Assembly (NCBI RefSeq): GCF_002113885.1
Contig: NW_018479851.1
Span: forward strand, 1 to 64,000
DNA: 64,000 nucleotides
DNA from: Mizuhopecten yessoensis
Lineage: Eukaryota
Reading direction: 5' to 3'
Positions 26,622-38,200 of this stretch are shown here, piece after piece; within the stretch, counting starts at the first letter, position 1, and each line of letters starts with the position of its first letter. Both the position numbers and the translations under genes were made by a program. The notes below the pieces were generated by a model. It ran no database searches, was not told the DNA's origin, and saw only the letters and a program-made list of their open reading frames with translations.

Positions 26622-29600
26622 TCACTTGTCAATCAGTGTTCCTTTGGGTCTCTTTTTGGCCTCCTCAGCCTAAAATATGCAAAGTCAACAATGGGTGAAA
26701 CTACCAATAAAGGCAAAACAGTACATGTATAATATTCTCAAAGATTTCAATATCAATACCTTATTCCTCAAATAACTTTTTCCGCATGGAATCGAAGTGC
26801 TGTCTACAGCATAAGCCATTTTTTTTAAATTAGTTGGGGCTAACAGAAAAATACATTCATCAAAGGCTTTCCAAAGATATCAAAGGGTTATTAAACAATT
26901 CTGGATTTCATTATGTGATAAACGAAATATAAGTCATGAAAACTTTACCTCTTCCATCATCTTGCGTTTGGTCATGCCTTTCCTGATCAACTGTTTCTCT
27001 ATTACTCTGGCATTAGCAGCATAGGAATCAGCTATTTCTTTCTGTGGATAGAAAGATCAATATGAAATGAAAATAAAGTATTAATGTAAAGCAAAACAAT
27101 GAGAAAATCACCTACTTTTACACAGGTATTGAACAAATTATCTCCCTTCTAATATCACATTTATCAATTGTTTTGACAATGTCATTATAAATTCATAGAT
27201 GTGCTCCTAACAGACCATCATTTATGCTATTAACAATATTTTATTAGTCTGTTTTAACAGGACACTACAGGAAGTGAGTAAATAAAATGACCTTTTTTGT
27301 GGACATTTCACATTTATCATGATCTGAGACAGAACCCAATTTGATTAAGATCAACTGAGGGCGTGAAATAATTTATTACGCATAAATGATCAAAGTTTCA
27401 TCAGGTCAACTACATGTAGACTAACATAATCAGTGTTTAAAATAGTTCTGAGATAAATATGACATGGTTCATTTTGCATATGCCCTTCTAAGTATTCTTA
27501 TTGATAAACCTATGCTAAGCATTACCCGTGCTTAAGCTACAAAATAAAATAAATAAATATACAACATTTGATATACCGTAAAAACCCATGTAAATTGTGC
27601 ACTTTTTTTTCAGAAATTTAATACCCAAAGTGGGGGGTGCGTAAAATACACAGGTATAGAAAATTTCAAGTTTTTTTCAGGAAAAGATGGACAATTCTGA
27701 GGGATCGCCATCTTGGATTATGTCCCTTGGTACACGGAACTCTAAGACAAATGACGATCAACAAATTTATATCTAGCTAGCATAAATTACTCTAAAGCGC
27801 TTTACAGTACATAGATATCCAATTAATACAATTAGCATATACATTAATCAATACAATTTTGGAGGAATTCGCAGGAGCTGCCTTATCAGGCGCTAACTAC
27901 TAGTCGTATGCCACCTGCATAATATCTCCCTATGTGTGTATGCCTGCATGTGTGCTGGAGATGTAACAAAGAAGACACATTATCTGTGGTAAAATTCACT
28001 GCCTATATACTGCATAATGTGGATTCACGCCCGGTGTCAAATTATTACCCTTTCTAAGGAAAAGGCATTGGGACAAATTAATGGATGTGGAAAGGGAAGT
28101 ATTAAGTCTATTTCTGATTTTGACCTCAGATTCAGTGTATAATTTTGAGGCAAGAATTCAAATTTCTGTGACTTATTTTATCAAATGAGTGACTGAGAGA
28201 GGGTATACTTACCGCTTCAATCTCCTCCTCTTCTTCGTCAACAGTAGACACTGTCACAGAACTAAATTTGCCCATATTCTTAGTGTGTTTGGTTAGCGTC
28301 ACCTACAAAGCAAAAGCATTTAATATTAAACTATATTGATTTACAATATCACCATGGATATCAGGTAAAATGTCTGAAGAGAAATATATGACAAAAACAT
28401 CAATCTCATGAAATTCATTACCCTGTTGGAAACTAAAGAGAAAACAGACTAAATAATGTAACAGAGATTTTGCATAATCTTCAAACTACCTCTGATGCCA
28501 CACAGCATCCATCTTGAATCCCAAAACTTAAAAGTGAGATGTTTAATCTGATGTATATAACTCCCAAAAATATGAAAAAAAGTGTCCCAATAAGACTTGC
28601 TTATAGTCCCAAATGTTTCGGCAAATCGTAGACAGTAGGGCCTTATACATATAGGATGTCAAGATTCAGAAAAAACTTTGACTGCACTTGTACACATGCC
28701 CTACAATAAGTATCTTTTGAAGAGTCTTTAGTATGTTGGGAAAGTTCATGGGATGGCCTATCTATAACATTCGTAAAACAAAAAATATTTCTTTTAATAA
28801 TAAATAATAATATACAGCATAATTTGTAAAATTACTCTAAGGCGCTTTACAACATATGGATAATAGTAATGGTTATAATTGTGAAAACAAACAACAAAGG
28901 CTTGCAATCACTTTCATACATTTAACAAGCAATGTGCACATAATGAAAACACCTTTCAGGAACTTACAAAATTTGATGACTATACTCCTCTCATACCAAA
29001 ATGTATGGGATACAATTAAAGCCCAGTTGTACAGCTATATATTCATGTTAAAAGACAGCCTACCTTCTTTGGTTCAGAGATCTGACTATAGACGTCTGTT
29101 TTCTTAGCGTCCCTCTTCAGTGCTCCGTCAACAATAAACATCACCTTGCTGTTTCCTTGGTGATGGTAGTATAACCAAAGGCCACACCTGCAAGTCGGAT
29201 ATACAATTTTTATACATTTAGTGATTGCAATCGTCAACAAGTTGCCTTTATTTTTCTAACATCTCTTACAATAAGAATAACACAAATTTAATATATTAAT
29301 TTGGAAATAAACAGGTAAAAATCATTTGAACATGTTGTTTTCTAAATTTCATAAATACTCTTTACTAATTGTAACGAAAAGTTGAAACCCTACTAAATAA
29401 AAGAAAACACAATCAATTATTGTAACACATTTATACTCAATCATTATTAATTTAATGATTCTGACGATTTCCTTTTTAACATTCCATAAATTAAAGGTCT
29501 TAAAGGGGGCTTATTGAAGTGTATTCCTGTACCTGGTGTATCTATTTTTTTAATGCAAATGTACCTTTTACATTTCTGCCGGTACTGCTTCTCAATGCCT

Positions 29601-31972
29601 TCTACTCTGAAGAAGAAGATGCAAATAATTATAAATGTATGATACGGTGGAATGTCACAGCTTATTTGCACATATCATATATGTAATATAGTGGATTTTC
29701 ACAACTTATATCTACAGTATGTACAGTATTAAATAAAATCTTAGTGAAATATAATATGTCATGCATAATAAGGTGAAATTCCTGAACTTATATACATGCA
29801 TACGTAAATGTCACAGCTTATTTATATATGTTTGACAAATGTAGCTTATTTCTATATACCTTACAAACAGTGTAGTATGTTGAAGCGTTATCTGATATAT
29901 GTGATATCTTGGAAGTCACATATTATTCTATATATATACATGTACAATATCAAGAGTGTGATGGGGGAAAATGTCATAGCTTATTTTTTACTAGTATATA
30001 CTTTATATGGTCTAATGTCAACGAAAATATTTTTATAAACCAAGTCTAGTTGTACATTGCTGAAAGCCCTACCCAAGATTTTAACAGGAGGTCGCACCTT
30101 CTCCACCTCTATCATTACACATGCAGAGGGTTAAAGGAGCACATCCAAGTATGTGATTTTCACCTTATGTTCTGTCTATTTATGGAACTTCCATGTTATT
30201 ATTTAGAAAGCTGATCATGTTGGCATCTTCATACCATCATTTTAGAACTATGGCTGGTAGCATATAGTTATTTCATTTTATGACATCATAGACTGTCCAC
30301 ATAAACTAGCAAAATATGCTGTTACTCGGTATTGTTTTGGGACACAGATATTTTTTGCGTCCTGGACTCATGCTTTTCCTGTAAGCTCAACCAAATTTTG
30401 GAAGCCCACTATATTTCTCTGTAACGGAACTCATAACAGTAATAATTTTAAAAACAATGTTCTGGCCTCGTCTGGTTACGCTAATGTATACTGTGATGAC
30501 TGATCCAATGCGTATTAATCTGTGAAGTGTAATATATCGGAAATCCGGTGTTAGGGATGAAAAGTGCAATTACAAACTCTCAAAATATTGAAACAAACAT
30601 CACAAAAATATCCATAAATTGCTGTTAATACATGCAGATTGTAGCCACCTTTTGAGGTATATGATATTGTCAGGGTCACAGGTCAACTTATGTGCATGTT
30701 TCTGGCTATCAATCACTCGGGCATTATCCCTCCTTCTCATGGGGAGCTTGTCCATAGGACAATCTGAAATACAAAACCATATTTTATAAACCAAAGTTTT
30801 TTTTTTACTTTATGGAATTGTATATATGACTTCCTCCCTGCACAGTGTACTAGCTGTGATGACATAGCTTCTGATGACAAGATTCGTTTTGTTATTGCGT
30901 CGTCAGAGCTACATGAACCAGTCCTATGCCAACAAATGGAGCAAAATCAAAAAAGTGAAATCTGTAATATATTACATATAATTCAAGCCTCATACAAGTA
31001 TAGTGTTATTAAAATAATGCATAATTGATTAAATAAGAAATCCTTACTAATAAAATAACCCTTTCACAAAATTAGCCAAGTCCTTCTTGGAAAAAGGAAA
31101 AGAAACTAACGCCATGACAGATCATGCATGAGGTTATCTCAATTATCCTGCATGACCAAATAAAGTATTACTACTGATGCCGCCATGTTAACTGCAATTT
31201 CCATATTGGGTCATGACACCCATATATAGACGGCTGACCTCATATCTGAAGAGACTTTTTAGAGAGACAAACTTTCCAACATGGTGCTAAATTCAGATTT
31301 CGATTGTGCTTGCTACGTTTACTTGATAATTAAACGACGTTTTAGGCAGAGTTTAACTTCAAGTTTACAGGATATCAACAGAAACAGTTCATACTACAAC
31401 CCTATGTATGGATGCGGACCAATGTGCTGTCAATTAATTTTAAAATCAGCCCGGTGTGATTCACACCGGCCTTGCTCCATTACAAGCCATGGGATAGATT
31501 AATAATCGGCCGGGTAATAATGGTATAATATTAGTACTAGGAAACTTCATCCTATGTCTTACACCCTTCACATAACAGTCATTTTTTTTAGGATTTTTCT
31601 TAAACTAAACTTTTATCCTGAATAAACCAATAATAACACGTATAATAAAAGCAATGTTTCCAAATATAGCTCATAATATAGTTTTAACTGTATATACGGA
31701 CAACTTTTAACGGCCTTGTGTGGAAGCCACGCCACACTAGACTCCCTGTGAGTTGATGCTGTGTGACGGCCCTTCGCAGTATTCCAGTAAATTACATATG
31801 CTAGTCAGTGGATGTTTGGTTATTGAAGTATACTTAACATTGGCTATTTACCTAAAATAAGGGAAATCTGCCCACATAGACAGTAGTACACATAAAGAGG
31901 TTTTTCGCCTTGATATTCTTCTTGGTCTTTTGTATCAGTGCAAACAACACTGCGAGAAACAACCTTCGGCAT
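26622..31972 (-). CDS. STEEP1: STING ER exit protein / CXorf56 (UPF0428) ortholog, 7 exons, 210 aa
   Basis: Exons (minus): 31972-31852, 30763-30649, 29606-29565, 29187-29064, 28302-28213, 27041-26949, 26669-26622. GT-AG, 633 nt. Translation [122 protein letters not shown] matches CXorf56 as I recall it. Confidence 0.95.
27755..27950 (-). mobile_element. SINE 3' remnant in STEEP1 intron
   Basis: Minus strand reads GTTAGCGCC..GGCAGCTC (as in the SINE at 36636) followed by a GTAAAGCGCTTTAGAG..TATAAAT tail. Confidence 0.5.
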
Positions 31973-32268
31973 TATTCAATCTTCGTTTTCACTTCACTTT
32001 TTGTTAAAGCACAGTGTGATGAACGTCACTTCCGTCTGATCGCCTTAACATTACAAATTTATACATTAATGGTATCAATAATATTATAACCTTTGTATGC
32101 ATATGAAAACAAAAGTTTCAGTTTTAGTTTTGATGTATATTTATGTTACTTAATGAAATTATATTCATATATATGTGGATTTATTGGTTATTATTTGGTG
32201 TTTAAGCGACAGTAGGCATGTAATGATGACGTCATATTTGGATTACACAGTTCCGGTGTAAGGTAAAA
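31973..32268. promoter_or_regulatory. Bidirectional promoter and 5' UTRs shared by STEEP1 and CDK9
   Basis: 296 bp between divergent ATGs. ACGTCACTTCCG (overlapping half-CRE/ETS) at 32023-32034, perfect CRE TGACGTCA at 32227-32234, TTCCGG near 32252. Confidence 0.8.
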
Positions 32269-35200
32269 ATGGAGCAGCCGTCAAGCCTTCCTCAGATACC
32301 GGTTCCTTCGGTTCCTTCTGCTACAACAAAACGTAACAACTCCCCTCGTGTTGCTAATGGGTCCACAAGCATTAAATACGAAGACTTAAACTTTCAATTT
32401 ATTCCAGAAGAGAGCAAATACGAAAAACTGACGAAAATTGGACAAGGTACTTTCGGGTACGCAATTTTACCAAATAAATTCATAAAACACAGCATGGTCA
32501 TCAAAAACTTATATATGTATAGACCATATGCCATTGGTGTTTTCTTATTTACCTGAATGTTTAGCGTATCAACACAGGAGCCTGCAGTTCTGTCAATAAT
32601 GAATAATAACGGTAATACAAAACAAATATTTATTTTTTAAGCATATTATAGGTATTTTCTTTTGTATTACTGTTATTATACTTGTGTGTATGCTTGTGTG
32701 TGTGCTAGAGATGTAATGTGTAAATATTGATGCCCAATAGAAGGAAAGTACTATATTTCCTAATATCACAAATGGTGTGCGTCGATCCCCTCCATTTTTC
32801 TGATGAAGCCTGGTGTCGGGCCAGAGGAAACTCTGGCTTAGTCCCCTCTCTTTGGTGTGGGAGTAAGTATCTTGGCTGTAGTGGAGTTCAGAAAAATGGA
32901 GGTTATAATGTGGCAAGTTTTAATTCTCTATCATGTTTGGCATGACTAGAAAATCTGGGGTCAGTACATTTTCACAAGAGGTGTTCAGAGGAATGTAGTA
33001 CAAATTGACTTCCATTTGTTTAGAGTTTGAAGATCCCAGTTCTAATTCTTGTCTGGCAGTTTCATTATTACACATGTCAGGTGAGGTCTCATATAAAATA
33101 CATGCAACAGGGTCAGATTGGAAATTGAATCTAGGACCTAACTCTAGACAGATGCTTCAAACAACTGAGCTACACCAGTGTTCATAACAAGTCGTACTAT
33201 ACATTGTACACCTACCTCCCTTTCCAAGATTTTATGAAAACTAGATTTAGGCATTGTAACCCATTACCAAATACATACAGTACTTGAAAAAAGGGTTTGT
33301 CACAGGCACCATAGTAACAGGACCTTGAGGAAAATAGTAACAAAGAATTGTTATTTTTTTACTTCACTTTTTTCCCTTTGTTAGGTTGATTATACAGAGA
33401 CAAATGTTTCTAAATTGAATAATCACTAAACTTTGAATCGGAAGATGGTTAATTGTCCATGTCATTTGACAAATGTTTAAAATAAAACAGAAAAAGAATT
33501 CTGCAGGAACTCCAAATGTGAAGTACATTTACAAACATTTTGAGATTACATGGCACAAAATTAAGTGCCTGCAAGCTGATATTATTCAATTCAGCTGAAT
33601 AAATTAAATAGCCTGTTTACTTGCAGAACTGCTGATTTTTCAGAAGATTTAGAATGATACATGATTTTAACACACTACAGGAATTAGGTGTTAAATACTT
33701 CAACATTTGTTTCTGAATTAACTGTGGTAAGAGTAATGATATTTGGCATAAACAGAGTACCTTGATATGTGTGCATGGTACTATCAAATGCGAAGGGTTA
33801 TCAAATTTGTTCCAAGGAATGATCTCTGACGTCTTCAATGTCATAATGTCGAGTATGAGTAAAACTAAAATCTTCTACAGAAACATAATGCCTGGAGTCG
33901 TGACATTTGGCATATAGTTTGGACGCATATGGAGTGCTATTAAAATGTTCTAGTGACTAATCTTGCTCCGCTTTCAAGGTCAAAGGTTTCAAATCATTAA
34001 GACAACTTTGTTTTACAGAACAATGCAAATTTAAGTCGTGTTATTTTTCCTGTAGTTTGGATGAAGAGCCATTGAATGTCTTTTACATTTGTTCTGAAAT
34101 ATGTTGACCTCTTTAAGGTCACAGTGGTCAAATGTGTTCAACTTACTTCTATAGAATCAAGGAATTTAGAGTCTTGACATTTGATGTGCAGCTTGCTTAA
34201 ATGGAAAGCTACCAATGTAACAAAGGAATGACCTTGACCCTTTCAAGGTCATATGGTCAAAAGTGTCAAATATATATAAAAAAAATAAAATAATGAATAA
34301 CCAAGGGGCCTTAAGGGTCATGATATTTGGCTTGTAGCATGTTGAGATGGATTTAAGGGTTACTATGTTGGCTAAAATGAATGACCTTCATCCTCTATTA
34401 ATGTCACTAGGTGTCAAATCTATTATAAACTTGAAAAATTTCTTCTGAATAGCCAAGAAACCTAAGGTCTTAATGTTATGAAAAAGGCAGTAGCATGCAG
34501 GGTTGAAAGACTATCAAATGTGTCAAAATGAATGACCTTGATACTCTTTCAAGGTCACAAGTGTCCAATGTGTTCAAACCTTAAAACAACTTCTTCTAAA
34601 TAGCTAATATGCATAGATTCATGATATTTGGCAAAAGACATGCTTGGTTATAAAGGACTAACAAATCTGTATAAGTGAATGACCTTAGCCTTTTTTCAAT
34701 GTCATACCTGGGGCCCATGTGTCCAGGGCCTCGATATTTTTTCTGAAGCATGCATGGATGAAGGGCTATCAAGTTTGTTCATATGAAGAATCAAATGAAT
34801 GATCAAAGGTAACTAACTAAACAATTTGTACTTCATGGTTAAGTATGATGCCTAAATAAAAGTATAATTCTTATTACAGAGAGGTGTTTAAAGCCAGAGA
34901 TAGGAAAACCAAAAAACTTGTGGCCATGAAAAAAGTGTTGATGGAAAATGAGAAAGAAGGGGTAAGTAATCCTGATTTGTTATTTTAGAAAAGGATAATG
35001 ACTTGTGGGTAAGACATAATCTCGTTGTACATCATATAATAGGTGTCGGATCGGTTTATGATTTGCCAGTAGGTCAGTGGTTGGTGCAAATGGAGTGGTC
35101 CAATGGGCTAAATAGATAATTAGGGAATACAAACTAATATTTCTACATTTTAATTATGTAATTTAATTTTTATACGTCTGTCGAAGACGGGGACGCATTA

Positions 35201-38200
35201 TGTTATCACGTGAGCGGGCGGGTGGGCGGCATGCGAACGATGTCCGCTCGATATCTCGAGTAGTTATTAACGGATTAACTTTAAACTTCACAACAAGGTT
35301 AATTCCCATGAAAGCCCGGACAAGTTCGATAACCGCCATTATCCGATCATAATTTGTGGAGTTATGGCCCTTTATGGACTTGCCGAAACAGTGTCCGTTC
35401 GATATCTCGAGTAGTTATTAACGGATTAACTTTAAACTTCACAACAAGGTTAATTACCATGAATGCTCGGAGAAGTTCGATAACCGCCATTATTCGACCA
35501 TAATTTGTGGAGTTATGCCCCTTTATGGACTTGCCGAAACAGTGTCCGCTCGATATCTCAAGTAATTATTAACGGATTAACTTTAAACTTCACAACAAGG
35601 TTAATTACCATGAAACCTCGAACAAGTTCGATAACCGCCATTATCCGACCATAATTTGTGGAGTTATGCCCCTTTATGGACTTGCCGAAACAGTGTCCGC
35701 TCGATATCTCGAGTAATTATTAACGGATTAACTTCAAACTTCACAACAAGGTTAATTACCATGAAACCTCGGACAAGTTCGATAACCGCCATTATCCGAC
35801 CGTAATTATTGGAGTTATTCCCCTTGGTTTCATTAATGCGATGCATGTGTTCCATGATGTTGTATTGCACTCATTGATCTACCAGTTATGTTGAATGATT
35901 TCTCTTTTAATATCAATTACTCACAAATACTTCATATATTTCAATCATACAAACAACTGCTCATTCAATGTGTGATGGGCGTATTATATACCGCTCGCGG
36001 TAACCTTGTTTTTTAATACCCCGGCCTGCAACACAGTGGCGAGGCATTTAGCAGTGTTTACCTTTTTCAAAAAAATGGTCCTTAAAACATCTTCGACTTT
36101 ACACTTTACTCAAATACAAGAAATCTGACATTTATCAGACTTTATGTGCATATACATTTAGAGGAGTTAAATAGCAATACAGTATGTCAAATGTAGATCA
36201 CTGTTACCTATATTTTCTGATTCACACACTTTGATTACACTTTGCAATTAGCTCTATTTCCCTAAAAGTCACATTTATCAAACTTCATACAGTAATAGAT
36301 TTGGAGAAGTATCAAATGTAGGTTACTGTAACTTACATTTTATTTCTGCGATGAGTTTGGTCAGACTTTGCACTTTATTTCATTTCTCTTCATGCTGGAA
36401 GTCAAAAAGTCATAAAGTTCCTTGTATGTATGAGGAGAACTACAGCAGCATTTCAAATTTAGGTCACTGTGACCTATTTTCTGTTTCACTAGCATAACTT
36501 CTGGTCAGGCTTTGCATTTAGCTCTATTTCTTCAGTTTAATAGTGCTTTTACCTTTATTTTCATTTAAGCAGGTGCATGTGCATATACATGTACAATGTA
36601 TATGTTTCACAGTTATTTTTAAGCCTGCAGAGATGGGGCATGCAAGGTAGTCCAGTGGTAGGACGCCGGGCTCGTGACCGAAGGGTTGCAGGTTCGCGCC
36701 ACAGAACGGCAATGTGTTGTATCATTGAGCAAGATACTTTACTCCGCTTGTTCCAGTCTACTCAGCTGTAAATGAGTATGTGGTTGGGTAGTGTTAGAAT
36801 TGTTGGATGCTAGCTGTTAGCGCCGAAATGGCAGCTCTGGCTGTATGCTCCCCAGGGAGTTGAGAAAGGTATTGGCTGGTTGCAAAGGCCCTATAACCAC
36901 GGATAATAATTTGTGAACCGCTTTGAGACGACCTACATAAGGACCTCCAATTATTATTATGATATGCAATCTTTATGTTAACCTGCCCTTGTATCTGTCC
37001 ACCTGTCAATCCTTGAACATCCTTGTTCACTTTGTTTTAGCTCCATTTCTCTGGTACTACAAGTGCTAGTCATCAAACTCATCTTCACTATGACTAGCAT
37101 GCTTCACTAACTTATGTTAGACTTTGTGTTTAGCTCTATGTATGCAGACTTGACATTTTAGGGTATATGCTCACTTACATTTTCTGCATCCCTGAAATAT
37201 GTCGTCAAAAAATTGAAGACTATTTGCCATCTTGTGGATAATAACAACTAGACTAGTTTCATCATTGGATGTACATCTAATTAGTGGGGCAGCATAAACA
37301 AATAATGGTAAAACTGACCTACTTTGAAATCGTGTCCGACTCCTCTGTAATCTTAAAACGACAGGTATCAGCTTAGGGATTTGTCAGTTTTTGAACAACT
37401 TTTTCATCCCAAAAGTCGATCAAGTAGCTGACTTTGTACCTTCATTATTGTCACAACATATTCCAGGTGTGAAGAGAATGTAAGTGAGCGTAACCCCTGG
37501 AATTTTGAGGATGCATGTGTGTGGTTAAACTTTGTGTTTTATTCCATTTATGTGATTGAACTTTGTGTTTGAATCCATTTATGTGATTAAACTTTGTGTT
37601 TACCTTTATTTACACCAAAGAGGGAGCATGTCATTTTATAAAAAAAAAATCAAGTTTAGTCCTTATTCAACGTTCCTCTACAACCTCTGATAAAAGTAAT
37701 ATAAATCGTTTGTATTGCATGCTTGTTGGGGATTTTACAGGCATTGCAGTATAGAAAAAGTAATATCAGCAATACACAAATTCATATCATGGAAGTACAC
37801 GTAATACCTACAAATGTACACCGAGCAACTTATTATCAGAATTTCCTGGTGTTTGGCACGATTACCACACTGTCATTATAAATGTAGATAATCATAACTT
37901 CAACAACCTATTAAAACAAGCTAGAAGTGAGTATACATTGCCCTGGGAAGATGTTGTACAAAACATGTTGCTGATTGGTTATTTTGCATATTTTTGTATT
38001 TTGCAAAAATTCATTGTTATTTCAGTTTCCTATTACTGCTTTGAGAGAAATCAAAATACTTCAGCTACTCAGACACGAGAATGTCCTGAATTTGGTAGAA
38101 ATTTGCAGAACAAGAGGTAGGTGCTTCGTGTATACAATCCAAGAAAGAATAACTCAATGCATTACTTATACAGGATATTATTTTTGTGCAAAAAATATTA

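Noticed and set aside
31381-31800. GC-richer hairpin-containing patches in STEEP1 intron 1 as possible ncRNA
   Set aside because: No recognisable snoRNA or snRNA boxes; cannot be supported without a covariance-model search.
32800-32840. Hammerhead ribozyme or C/D snoRNA (CTGATGA...GAAA)
   Set aside because: Stem II does not close directly onto GAAA, and there is no terminal CTGA D box.
36636-36710. tRNA gene
   Set aside because: A and B boxes are present but there is no good cloverleaf, and the sequence continues into a SINE body and tail.
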